A DNA stretch of 64,000 nt from Flavobacteriales bacterium (GCA_031418455.1 JANOXJ010000221.1:5193-69192); one strand, 5' to 3'. Shown: positions 37,900-47,330, numbered from the stretch's first letter. The notes: generated from the sequence alone by a model not told the origin. Numbers and translations are program-made.

Positions 37900-39825
37900 T
37901 TATCTGATTATTATCTTTTCTACCTTTTCTATGCCGCTGGCTGTGCGCATTACACACATATACATGCCTGTAGCCATTTGGTGCGTGTAGGTATGTTTGC
38001 CTTGGGTATATTTTTTTTCGTCTATCAAATTTCCTTTTATGTCAAATATGGAAAGTGAAATAGATTCTGCAGCTGTAATGCTTAATTGATTGGGACCATT
38101 GTTTCTTATAGTGGCCAATGTGTTGAAAAAAACGGAATTGATACCAATGTATGCAGGTACTTCTACTATGGCTTCTTTCATTAGTACGGGTGTTTTATCG
38201 GCACCGCTAAACATGGTATTAAAAGTGGCCACTTCATCGGTAGCAACATTAGCAAAACTTTCTGTCCAGCTGGGAGGCACGCTCTGGTAATAGACTGCGG
38301 CATGCACGTTAAGTGCACTTGCCAAACCATTGGTAGGTATGCGGTAGTGTATTACATCTGTGCCGCTGCCCACATTGGGGTTGTGGTTAAAGTCTGCATC
38401 GGGTGTGTTTAATACTATGGCGGTGGTGTCGTACAAGGTGCCCACTTCTGCAAAACCAAGTGGTACTAATCTGTTGTCTTTTAGCGATGAGTTGGCACGA
38501 GTGAGTATGGTGGTTTTATTGCCGGCTACATCGCCTATTACCATTTCATATATCTGCACTTGTTCTTCATCAGTTATTACATTGTGGTGCGGTTCAAAGG
38601 GTGCATCTTCATTCACTACATAGTATTCTTCATCAAATGCTCCGCTTCTGAATATTTCTGTTAAGGCTGTTGGGTCTTCGGCATAGAGCACTACTGTCAT
38701 GCGCCTTGCAGGATATCCGCTGGGCATTTTGTGTCCTACCAGGTTAGTAAGTTTTACATCTATATACAAAGTATCTGCTGTGCGATTTACTTCAGTTACT
38801 TCCATTTGCAAGCTTTGTTCTTGCAGCATGGCGCGCGTTTTATTTATGGTTTCGTCAAACTGTGCTGTGCTTGGGTATATACCTAGCTGCTCGCGGTTGT
38901 CGCGCATTAGTTGCAGCATAGTCACATTGCCACCTGCTAGTGTGTGCAAGCCATAAGGCCCGCGAGGTGGTGTCATATAGCCCGTGGCTAATCGCACCAT
39001 TTGGTCGGGCAGTTGTGGCACATGGCATTTTTGGCATGTGGTGTTGTTAGCCGGATAGCTGCTGTTCAGCCATTCGTGCCATGTGGCTTGCTCCACAAAA
39101 TGATTGCCTGTTAGTGCGCCATTAAGATCTACTGTTTCGGTTACCAAAGAGTGACATGCGGCACACAGTTTTGCATCGCTTATATGGTCGGCCTGCTCAG
39201 GAGTGTAGCCGCTGTACAATGCCATAGGAGTAATGAGTGGATTGTAGTATGGGCCATATTCTACAGAGTCATCGGCCATAAGCAGTTGGCCAGTATGCAA
39301 GGCCACCTCTGGCTGTGGCAATTGACTGTGACATGCATTGCAACTTACACCATCCAATGCCACAGAGTCGGCCAGCATATCGGCTATAGAATAGTGTGTG
39401 GCGCCATGCATGGTGGCAGCAAAGTGGCCAAGCGGGGCATGGCACTTAGTGCAGGTAGACTCTATTTCTTGTTGTAACAATGGATTTACAAAAACCTCCT
39501 CACTTACTTTGGCTCTCCAGTAGGGGTCCTTGGCGCTAAGCGCCATCATGCTGCTGCTCCAATCGTCCATCACATTTACATCGCCCCCTTCTGCATCTAC
39601 ATTGGCCATGCCCATAGGGTCGCTACCATGGCAGTGGTCGCACTTGCCGGCACTGCTAAATTCTAAATTGGCACCTTCATAAAGCGAGTCGGGCGAGGTA
39701 AGCAACATTCTGGCAGAGCACAATTTTTCTCCCTTCGTCACCGGCTTCATTTGCAAATAGAGCAATGCAAAAACCATTAGCGATGCCGCAAAAAGTAGTT
39801 TTTTAGAAGTGATGTTTTTTATCAT
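37900..39825 (-). CDS. Pentaheme c-type cytochrome with T9SS type A-like C-terminal domain
   Basis: It has a signal or anchor segment (KKLLFAASLMVFALLYL). Five CxxCH motifs lie within the first 270 aa: CDHCH (aa 62), CTKCH (125), CNACH (162), CAACH (221) and CQKCH (264). The C-terminus (SLSIFDIKGNLIDEKKY...ATGMYMCVMRTASGIEKVEKIIIR) follows the type A sorting-domain pattern but lacks the YPNP box. Confidence 0.8.
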   Translation of the reverse strand: MIKNITSKKLLFAASLMVFALLYLQMKPVTKGEKLCSARMLLTSPDSLYEGANLEFSSAGKCDHCHGSDPMGMANVDAEGGDVNVMDDWSSSMMALSAKDPYWRAKVSEEVFVNPLLQQEIESTCTKCHAPLGHFAATMHGATHYSIADMLADSVALDGVSCNACHSQLPQPEVALHTGQLLMADDSVEYGPYYNPLITPMALYSGYTPEQADHISDAKLCAACHSLVTETVDLNGALTGNHFVEQATWHEWLNSSYPANNTTCQKCHVPQLPDQMVRLATGYMTPPRGPYGLHTLAGGNVTMLQLMRDNREQLGIYPSTAQFDETINKTRAMLQEQSLQMEVTEVNRTADTLYIDVKLTNLVGHKMPSGYPARRMTVVLYAEDPTALTEIFRSGAFDEEYYVVNEDAPFEPHHNVITDEEQVQIYEMVIGDVAGNKTTILTRANSSLKDNRLVPLGFAEVGTLYDTTAIVLNTPDADFNHNPNVGSGTDVIHYRIPTNGLASALNVHAAVYYQSVPPSWTESFANVATDEVATFNTMFSGADKTPVLMKEAIVEVPAYIGINSVFFNTLATIRNNGPNQLSITAAESISLSIFDIKGNLIDEKKYTQGKHTYTHQMATGMYMCVMRTASGIEKVEKIIIR

Positions 39826-39941
39826 GAAAAGCTATGTTGCTACAAAGAAAAGCTCAAAGTATTGAAACAAAACAGAATTAATTGAATAATGATTGAACTG
39901 CTATGGTGCAAGACTTAAGAGATGCGTTTTGTTTAGCGCTG

Positions 39942-39972
39942 GAAATTTGTCTAAAAAATATAGACAAATTTC
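39942..39972. promoter_or_regulatory. Perfect 12-bp inverted repeat (candidate operator) upstream of the cytochrome gene
   Basis: GAAATTTGTCTA (39942-39953), a 7-nt spacer, then TAGACAAATTTC (39961-39972). Related GACA-N2-TGTC decamers lie at 39984-39993 and 40040-40049. Confidence 0.4.
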
Positions 39973-40058
39973 ATTTTTAAAATGACATTTGTCTTTTTCG
40001 TTTTTTGTATTTGTAAGTTGCAAGTTGTAAAATGAAAAAGACAATTGTCCATTTAATG

Positions 40059-41048
40059 TCATAGGTGCTTCAAGAGGGTTTCCATTTTTCGTTCTGTCTC
40101 GTCCCATTCTTTTTCGGCCGCAGAACCGCGCACAATGCCACCACCTGCATAGAGCGTAACGGTGTCGTTATTTATTTTCATGCACCGCAGATTTACATAA
40201 TACTCTGCCTGCTCGTTCTCGTGTGTGGCTCCAAGGTAGCCTGTATAAAATGCACGGGCATGTGGCTCTTGTTGGTCTATGAAAATTTTTGCTCTTTCCA
40301 CCGGCATGCCACACACAGCTGGGGTAGGGTGAAGCGCATTTAAAAGGCTGTCGGTAGTGCCGGTGTATTGAAATTGTATATTGGTTTTTAAATGCACCAG
40401 CTGGCCAGCAGGGCTGGTGTGTGGCCCGTTTTGCTGCACGTCAAACGCTCCTATGGAATGCAATTTTTCTACTATGTAGTCAGTCACCAGCTGTTGCTCA
40501 TGCAAGTCTTTCTCGCTCCATTTTATTTTTTCCAATGGCTCGTTGGCAGCATGCACTTGCGTGCCTGCAAGCGCCATGGTTTCATAGTACGTGTCGTTTT
40601 TCTTGAGCAATAATTCTGGTGTAGCTCCCATCCACATGGTGCCATTTTCTCTAAACCAATACACCATGGCTTTAGAATGTGCCATGCACAATTTGCCAAA
40701 TACATGCAACCAATCGTGCATGTTTTTTTTTATGGGTAATTGCTTTGTTCTGCTTACAACTACTTTTTTCAATTCTTCGCTTACAATAGCCGCAAGGGCT
40801 TTGTTCACTATGGCCTCGTGTTCGGTTTTAGACACATCGTATGCCTCTTTGTTTTCATCTTTATTGTATGGTTGTGCATCAAAACCATGGCTTGCATTCT
40901 CTTTTTCGGATAATGAATAGTAATGAATAGGCCTGTGCGCATTAGGACTTGGAAAGGCTACCAATGCAAAATTAGATTGCTTCACTACCTCTTTGCCTTC
41001 TTCGTGCAATTGCTCAAAATCCCATATGTTTCGCAATATCATTTTCAT
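40059..41048 (-). CDS. menF: Isochorismate synthase (menaquinone-specific type)
   Basis: Chorismate-binding-enzyme C-terminal blocks are present: HPTPAVCGMP, RAFYTGYLG and LYAGGGIVRGSAAEKEWDETERKMETL. The start overlaps the thioesterase stop by 4 nt. Confidence 0.8.
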   Translation of the reverse strand: MKMILRNIWDFEQLHEEGKEVVKQSNFALVAFPSPNAHRPIHYYSLSEKENASHGFDAQPYNKDENKEAYDVSKTEHEAIVNKALAAIVSEELKKVVVSRTKQLPIKKNMHDWLHVFGKLCMAHSKAMVYWFRENGTMWMGATPELLLKKNDTYYETMALAGTQVHAANEPLEKIKWSEKDLHEQQLVTDYIVEKLHSIGAFDVQQNGPHTSPAGQLVHLKTNIQFQYTGTTDSLLNALHPTPAVCGMPVERAKIFIDQQEPHARAFYTGYLGATHENEQAEYYVNLRCMKINNDTVTLYAGGGIVRGSAAEKEWDETERKMETLLKHL

Positions 41049-41458
41049 GCGTTCTTTCTTTTTACTAAAACGGTAAGGCGGCTTATAGCAAGTAATTTTT
41101 TTTCTTCATCCAAAATTTCTATTCCCCACACGTGCGTATTTTGGCCTTGATGAATAATTTTGGCTACACCCGTTACAAGGCCTTGTTTTTTGCTGCGCAG
41201 ATGGTTTATGTTTAATTCCACTCCCACTGCTATTCCTCCCTCTTCTTGTATAAGTATGTGCGAACCATAGCTGCCCAAAGTTTCGGCCAGGGCTGCACTA
41301 GCACCTCCATGCAGCAATCCATATGGCTGGTGTGTTCTGGCATCTACAGGCATGGTGGCTTCTACATGGCCATGTTCCAACACGGTAAACTCTATGCCCA
41401 GCGCACCCAACAGGGTGTTGCTGTTGTATAAGTTTCCTATTTTCAATTTGTCTTCCAT
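41045..41458 (-). CDS. PaaI/YbdB-type hotdog thioesterase (probable 1,4-dihydroxy-2-naphthoyl-CoA hydrolase)
   Basis: 137 aa with HQPYGLLHGGASAALAETLGS and GVELNINHLRS. It is translationally coupled to menF. Confidence 0.78.
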   Translation of the reverse strand: MEDKLKIGNLYNSNTLLGALGIEFTVLEHGHVEATMPVDARTHQPYGLLHGGASAALAETLGSYGSHILIQEEGGIAVGVELNINHLRSKKQGLVTGVAKIIHQGQNTHVWGIEILDEEKKLLAISRLTVLVKRKNA

Positions 41459-41675
41459 AGTGGGTGCAAGATGGTTCTATTTTTTGTCTGTTGTGCCTTG
41501 TTCTATATCGGTTTTTATAAAAAATTCAATTATAACTGAACCCACTAAGATGATGGGTGTACTGGCTTTCTGTTGGCTCTTGTAACCATTAGCCAAATAT
41601 TGACTAACCTCCAAGGGAGTAAAGTCAATACAGCGTTGTTTTATTTTTTCTATTAAAACCTATAACATAGTTACA

Positions 41676-43628
41676 ATGTTTACACAAAAACTCACCTCCA
41701 CATTGGCCACCACAGCTGTGTTGCTTTGCGTGCTAATTATTTTTTCTTGCAGTCAGCAAAAAAATCAATCGAAGGTATCTGACTTAAAAAAGAATACAGA
41801 AAACTCAGCAGCCGACACTCCTAAATCGGAAACATTCGAAAAAATTGCCGTGACAATATCTGAGACTCCAGCAACAGTTGCAGTGGAAGAAATAAGAAAT
41901 GAAGCAACGGTTGTAAAAACAGTAACAGAAAGTTTGGACAGTGATGCGGCAATGCCTGAAAAGAGTAAGGATGAAGTTCTGGATATTAAAGCATTGGGTA
42001 AAAAGCCTACGCTTGCTCCGGGAGCAACCACATTGTGCTTGCCAACGGTAGGAGAAACAAAATCTGTATTGGTTTACTATGCCGATGATTCGGGTTTTAG
42101 AGACGAAACTGCTAAGTCCAAGGCACCCAGAGAAGATATGGTGCATGATGTGTATAGCAAGGAGGAACCTGTATTAGGTACATCATCAGTGGCAGTAAAT
42201 GCTTCGCTTGCCGGAAAGTTGACCGCAGGTGAAATAAATGATTTTAAGAAATGGAAAATGTGGGAAGACATATCTGAAGGTGAGTTGAAACAATGTGCAC
42301 TGATATGGCAATTAAATCCTAAGGAAAGATACACTGCGCTGGTGCTCACAGAAAGCGGAGCGCCTGTGGTGGATTGCGCTGTGGAATTAATAGCAAAGAA
42401 TAATGAGGTGGTATGGAAAGCTCGCACAGACAATACAGGCAAAGCGGAGCTATGGGGAGTTTTAGGTAGCAACGATGTTGCTAAAAAAATAGACCGCATA
42501 GAAGTAAAACATGAAAATAAAATTTTCACCATTAGACATCCTAAGGAATTTGACAAAGGACTGAACACAATAAAACTTCCTGTAAGTTGCAATATACCTG
42601 ACAATGTAGATATATGTTTTACAGTAGATGCTACAGGTAGCATGGGCGATGAAATAGCTTACCTGCAGGCAGAGTTGTTAGATGTGATAGCGAAAGTGAA
42701 AGCCAAGCATACTGATGCAAATGTGAGTTTGGGCTCAGTGTTTTACAGAGACCATGGCGACACTTACCTCACACGCAATTTTCCTTTTGTGAGTGATGTA
42801 GCCAAAGTAAATCAGTTTATAGCAGAACAATATGCAGATGGTGGAGGCGATGGTCCGGAAGCTGTGGATGAGGCTTTGAGCGTGTCTATAGAACAAATGA
42901 ACTGGAATAAGGATGCCCGTGCTCGCCTCATGTTTGTAATACTAGATGCACCGCCACATGGTGCAGAGGCTAACCTTACTGCATTGCAAGCGGCTATGCG
43001 CAGCGCAGCTGCAAAAGGAATAAGAATTATACCACTTGTAGCCAGTGGTGGTGGTTATGATATGGACAAAAGTTTAGAATACCTTATGCGTTGCTGTGCG
43101 CTAAGTACCAATGGCACTTATGCATTTCTTACAAACCACAGTGGTATTGGTGGCAACCATACTGCCCCATCTACTGATAAGTATGAGGTAGAAACACTGA
43201 ATGATTTATTGCAACGTGTAATAAGTGAATACTTAATGGTGCCTAATTGTAATCTGCAACAATTTGTAACCAACCAACAATTGGAAAATGATACTGTAAG
43301 TGTGCTAAATGAATTGGAGCCAATGGCAGATTCGTTGCTTACACAAAACGATACTTCTGCGGTAAATGTGGCACCTATAACCAACGATATTGTTATTTTA
43401 AAATGCTACCCTAATCCTGCTACAGACTATATATGGGTTGAAACTAGTAGTGATGTAAAGGAATTATTTTTAGCTGACAATAGTGGTAAACTTATGCAGC
43501 GCATGGTACCTGCTGCTTCTTTGTTCCAAATGGATCTTACCTTTTATCCCAGTGGCATTTATTACCTAAAGGCATGGATAAACGATAAATGGGTAAGTGC
43601 GCGCATAATAGTGGCGCGTCTGCACTAG
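41676..43628 (+). CDS. von Willebrand factor A-domain lipoprotein with T9SS type A sorting domain
   Basis: Lipobox IIFSCS. The MIDAS motif is DICFTVDATGSMGDE, followed by ADGGGDGPEAVDEAL and FVILDAPPHG. The C-terminus reads LKCYPNPATDYIWVE...GIYYLKA. Confidence 0.8.
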   Translation: MFTQKLTSTLATTAVLLCVLIIFSCSQQKNQSKVSDLKKNTENSAADTPKSETFEKIAVTISETPATVAVEEIRNEATVVKTVTESLDSDAAMPEKSKDEVLDIKALGKKPTLAPGATTLCLPTVGETKSVLVYYADDSGFRDETAKSKAPREDMVHDVYSKEEPVLGTSSVAVNASLAGKLTAGEINDFKKWKMWEDISEGELKQCALIWQLNPKERYTALVLTESGAPVVDCAVELIAKNNEVVWKARTDNTGKAELWGVLGSNDVAKKIDRIEVKHENKIFTIRHPKEFDKGLNTIKLPVSCNIPDNVDICFTVDATGSMGDEIAYLQAELLDVIAKVKAKHTDANVSLGSVFYRDHGDTYLTRNFPFVSDVAKVNQFIAEQYADGGGDGPEAVDEALSVSIEQMNWNKDARARLMFVILDAPPHGAEANLTALQAAMRSAAAKGIRIIPLVASGGGYDMDKSLEYLMRCCALSTNGTYAFLTNHSGIGGNHTAPSTDKYEVETLNDLLQRVISEYLMVPNCNLQQFVTNQQLENDTVSVLNELEPMADSLLTQNDTSAVNVAPITNDIVILKCYPNPATDYIWVETSSDVKELFLADNSGKLMQRMVPAASLFQMDLTFYPSGIYYLKAWINDKWVSARIIVARLH

Positions 43629-43696
43629 TAATACCAATGTGATTTATTTTTTATGCCAATAAAAAATAAAACTTATAGTGGTAAATGCCGATGGAT

Positions 43697-43747
43697 ACAG
43701 CTGTTTAGTCCAAAATAAGGAACTCGTTTTTGGACTATTACAGCTGT
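43697..43747. other. Strong 18-bp-stem hairpin without a U tail in the long convergent spacer
   Basis: ACAGCTGT+TAGTCCAAAA (43697-43715) pairs with TTTTGGACTA+ACAGCTGT (43728-43747) around an 11-12-nt loop, with a small internal bulge. Confidence 0.6.
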
Positions 43748-43800
43748 CCAATCGGTATAATGTAATTTTTTAGTACTGAGATTTTAGAATTGGTTAAAAA

Positions 43801-43835
43801 AAGCCAGACAGTTTTTGTCTGGCTTCTTTTCTTAT
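43801..43835 (+). terminator. Rho-independent terminator 173 nt downstream of the vWA gene
   Basis: AAGCCAGACA (43801-43810) pairs with TGTCTGGCTT (43816-43825) and is followed by a T-rich tail. Confidence 0.8.
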
Positions 43836-44071
43836 TTTTATACAGTGCTTGCGAAACAGAATTTGTTTGCATGCTGCTGTCAGTTTTATTTTTAGAAAGA
43901 CACGGTGGCTATTTTATTAAACTCAATTTATGCCATTGAAGTAGTTATTTAAGTGATTGGCTTTAATCGAATATGGATAGTTTTCTTCAGCACTCATGCC
44001 ACTTTGAATTACTATTAAGACCCAAGCAAAATGCATATTTGAACGCAATAATTTCTATTGCATAGTTGGGG

Positions 44072-44110
44072 CAAAAAAAAAACAACCATCTTTTGGATGA
44101 TTGTTTTTTT
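44072..44110 (-). terminator. Terminator downstream of the 1024-aa Cys-motif protein gene
   Basis: AACAACCATC (44081-44090) pairs with GATGATTGTT (44096-44105) with one mismatch. The A10 run on the + strand gives a U10 tail on the minus-strand transcript. Confidence 0.7.
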
Positions 44111-44139
44111 ATGTGTTTGATTTTATTTCTTTTCTGAAA

Positions 44140-47100
44140 TTATTCTTTTACAAAAGCAATGGCTTTGATGTTGGTTCCATTTTGAACTGACAGTATGTAG
44201 TAGCCTGCTGCAAGGTCAGCCACATTCATTTCATGTCTGCGGTAGTTAACATTGTTAGCAATGTTTTCAGCCAAAACTATTTTGCCATCTATACTCATTA
44301 CAGACAATTGAACAGCGTTGTTGTCGCTCAGATTGTTTAGGTCAATTACAAAATTGCTGCTTACCGGATTAGGATATAATGCTACATTAAGTCCAGTTTC
44401 TACAAGGCCACCGCCTAGACCGTTGCCACCCGGGTTGTTGTTGTAAAAACATGTACCATCATTCATGGTAGCATATGGGTTGTAGTTTATAGCCAATGAA
44501 TCTGTGCAGCCTGCAATCTCACCACATGGTGCACCTATTCCTATTAAATCCATAGCAGATGAGCCATAGAGCAAGCTTCCTTCTGAATAAGTGCCACCGC
44601 CAAATATCATGTAGTATGCGCCATTCCATCCATCACCCCAAGAGTCGTTAAGCTCCAAAGTGTAACAGCCACTAGGCAAGCATAAGAATTGTGCGTAGGT
44701 GTTCCAGCTTGAATATGCATCAGATGTTGCCACTTCTTCGCCAGCATCGTTTTGCAAACTCCATGACACTTCGTTGCCCCATATTTGGGTAGACAATACC
44801 ATGGTTACAAAATTGTCTGTGCAATCTTCAGCATATACACAAGAGCCATCATCTGCTGTAGCACCCGGGTTGTAGTTAAGCGCTGTAGTGTCTGTGCAGC
44901 CGAATATGGCTCCATTGCAGCCTTCTGCGTTTATGCCAAAGTAAGCAACACTGCTATTGCCGGTGGTGAATGTGTAGGTGCCTGATGCAATGCCATTTAT
45001 TGTTATTGCTAGTGGACCACCATTTATCCAGCCATCACCAAAAGTATCAAACATTTGAAGTGTGTAGCAGCCGTCAGCCAGACAAGCATAGGTAGTGCCT
45101 GCTCCAGAACCTGCGAACACACTGTTGCCTTCTGCATCTAATACGTTGTAATAAGACTCTCCACTCCAAATTGCAGAAGTCAAAGTAAATTGAACTAAGT
45201 TTTGGTAACAATCTTCAGCATATATGCAAGAGCCATTGTCTTCTGTAGCATACAAATCAAAATTAAGCGCAGTAGGGTCAGTGCAGCCATATGAAGGGTA
45301 CAAGCAAGAGCCATCATTTGTAGTAGCCTCTGGATTGTAGTTTAGGGCAGCCGGGTCAGTACATCCGTTTATAACTACTGGGCCGCACGTGCCATCTATG
45401 CTAAATTGAACTGACATAGACTCGCTGGTAGGGGTTGGCTCAGTATGTATTACTTGCACTCCGCCTGAGTTTACCCAGAAGTAGCCATTGTACCAACCAT
45501 ATGGGCCAGCATTATTTATCATAGTAGCTGTGTAGCATACACCAGGCTGCAAACAAATTGTAGTATTAAATATGGCACCGTTGTATAGCCCGTCTACATA
45601 AATTACTTCGTTGCCTTCGTCATCTGTTATTAGCAATTCTACCTGTGAGCCATTGCTAAATGTGCATATGTAAAGAGAAGATAATGAGCTGCCAGCGCCA
45701 TTGCAATAAGTGCATGAGCCATCATCAGTAGTAGCTTGTGCATTGTAGTTCATTGCACTTGGGTCCGTGCATCCACTGTATATGCAGCTGCCATCATTAT
45801 ACACTGCAGTGGAGTCATAGTTGTCGGCATTTACATCCGTGCAACCTCCGTTTACCGTGGTGGTGCAGCCGGTTACATTTATTCCAAAGGAACCAAATGA
45901 CGCATTGCCCGATGTGAAAGTGTATGAAGAGGCAACTCCGTTGGCAGTAATGGTTAGTAATGCATTGTTCCATCCATCGCCAAAAGAATCAAACATGCTT
46001 ACGGTGTAACATCCGTCAGGCAAGCAAATTGAAGCTGTATTTACACTGTTAGGCGCAAAAGGAACGCTTTGATAAACAATAGCATTGTTGCTATTGCTAA
46101 TATTGAAAGATACTTCGTTGGCGAATATGCCGGGAGTAAGGCTTAATTGTACTGAAGTTAATCCATTACATCCTTCGTTATAAATACAGCTACCATCGTC
46201 ATAAGTAGCGCTTGGGTTATAATTAATGGCAGCAGCGTCTGTGCAACCAAGTAAATAAGAACAAAATCCATAAACAGTAAATGGTGCCTCTTCAACACTT
46301 GCATCAGCATCAAGCGATTGATTTATAATTTGACTACCCGCTGCGTTTATCCAAAAGTATCCATTGCTCCAGCCTGTAATGCCTGCTGCATTGCTCATTT
46401 GAGCAGTGTAACATTCGGTCATATTCAGGCATACATCAATATTTAAAATTTGATTGTCATTCAGGTTACTTACTGAAGCTACAACGTTGCCTTGTGAGTC
46501 AACAATGTCTAAATTTATTTGGCCACCATTGGCAAATGCGCATACATAAAGATTGGCTACAATGCTGCTGTCGCCATTGCAAAAAGTGCAAGAACCATCA
46601 TCAGTAGTAGCTTGTGGGTCATAATTTGTTGCTGCTGGGTTGGTGCATCCTTCATATTCGCAAGAGCCATCATTCGTATTGGCAGTAGGGTCGTAGTTTG
46701 ACGCATTAGGGTCTGTACATCCCGCTGTAGAATTAAAGCATGCAACTGATAACACATAGGTGCCGCTCATTGTGGCAAATCCGCCCACTCTTATATGATA
46801 GGTAGTGTTAGCGGCAGCTGTAAAGTTTACAGTAGATGCAAAATTGTTGCATGCATCATCGTTAGAAGCTACGCAAGAAAATGCACCGCAAGTGCCGCTA
46901 TAAACTGACAAGTAGGTGTCATAAGTAGTGGCACTATTGCAGGTTGATATAGTTACTTGTTGGTTTGCACCAGAAGTGTAGGTATACCAAATTTGACCAC
47001 CAGAACTTGCAGATGAGGCGCAAGCCGCAGCGCCTGAAGTGGCATTGTCAGATGGAATGTTTTGTGTAGAGCCTGTATATATAGCCGGCCCATTGCCGCA

Positions 47101-47214
47101 AGTTATGCTTATGGCGCTGCTGCAGGTACTTCCTAAAGTTTGGCTAAACAATACATTTGAAAAACAAAACATGGCGAGTGCCATGAAAAGGGAGAGTTGA
47201 AATTTTGTTTTCAT
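44140..47214 (-). CDS. T9SS type A cargo built from nine 21-aa two-Cys motifs and duplicated GDGW-containing modules
   Basis: I chose the ATG at 47214 (MKTKFQLSLFMALAMFCFSNVLFSQ). There are nine copies of GCT[DN]xxAxN[YF][DN]xxAxxxDG[ST]C and three modules ending C[LP]xxGCYT[VL]xx[FN]DS/TxGDGW. The C-terminus reads VALYPNPVSSNFVIDL...GYYILSV. Confidence 0.8.
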   Translation of the reverse strand: MKTKFQLSLFMALAMFCFSNVLFSQTLGSTCSSAISITCGNGPAIYTGSTQNIPSDNATSGAAACASSASSGGQIWYTYTSGANQQVTISTCNSATTYDTYLSVYSGTCGAFSCVASNDDACNNFASTVNFTAAANTTYHIRVGGFATMSGTYVLSVACFNSTAGCTDPNASNYDPTANTNDGSCEYEGCTNPAATNYDPQATTDDGSCTFCNGDSSIVANLYVCAFANGGQINLDIVDSQGNVVASVSNLNDNQILNIDVCLNMTECYTAQMSNAAGITGWSNGYFWINAAGSQIINQSLDADASVEEAPFTVYGFCSYLLGCTDAAAINYNPSATYDDGSCIYNEGCNGLTSVQLSLTPGIFANEVSFNISNSNNAIVYQSVPFAPNSVNTASICLPDGCYTVSMFDSFGDGWNNALLTITANGVASSYTFTSGNASFGSFGINVTGCTTTVNGGCTDVNADNYDSTAVYNDGSCIYSGCTDPSAMNYNAQATTDDGSCTYCNGAGSSLSSLYICTFSNGSQVELLITDDEGNEVIYVDGLYNGAIFNTTICLQPGVCYTATMINNAGPYGWYNGYFWVNSGGVQVIHTEPTPTSESMSVQFSIDGTCGPVVINGCTDPAALNYNPEATTNDGSCLYPSYGCTDPTALNFDLYATEDNGSCIYAEDCYQNLVQFTLTSAIWSGESYYNVLDAEGNSVFAGSGAGTTYACLADGCYTLQMFDTFGDGWINGGPLAITINGIASGTYTFTTGNSSVAYFGINAEGCNGAIFGCTDTTALNYNPGATADDGSCVYAEDCTDNFVTMVLSTQIWGNEVSWSLQNDAGEEVATSDAYSSWNTYAQFLCLPSGCYTLELNDSWGDGWNGAYYMIFGGGTYSEGSLLYGSSAMDLIGIGAPCGEIAGCTDSLAINYNPYATMNDGTCFYNNNPGGNGLGGGLVETGLNVALYPNPVSSNFVIDLNNLSDNNAVQLSVMSIDGKIVLAENIANNVNYRRHEMNVADLAAGYYILSVQNGTNIKAIAFVKE

Positions 47215-47330
47215 TAAAAGGTTTTTTTGATGGTAAAATGGTTTCAAGTGTCAAATAAAAGGTTTTTATTTATTTAACAAAGTAATAGATACAATTGGAA
47301 TTAAAAAGGTTGCTTACAGGTTATTAACAC

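Noticed and set aside
39901-40107. A 68-aa minus-strand ORF in the menF-cytochrome spacer.
   Set aside because: It overlaps the 3-prime end of menF and the palindromic candidate operator region. The translation is low-complexity and AT-rich, with no supporting feature.
43973-44065. A 30-codon ORF (MDSFLQHSCHFELLLRPKQNAYLNAIISIA) ahead of the terminator at 44072.
   Set aside because: It is too short and featureless to call as a CDS without expression or conservation data. It is mentioned only within the spacer finding.
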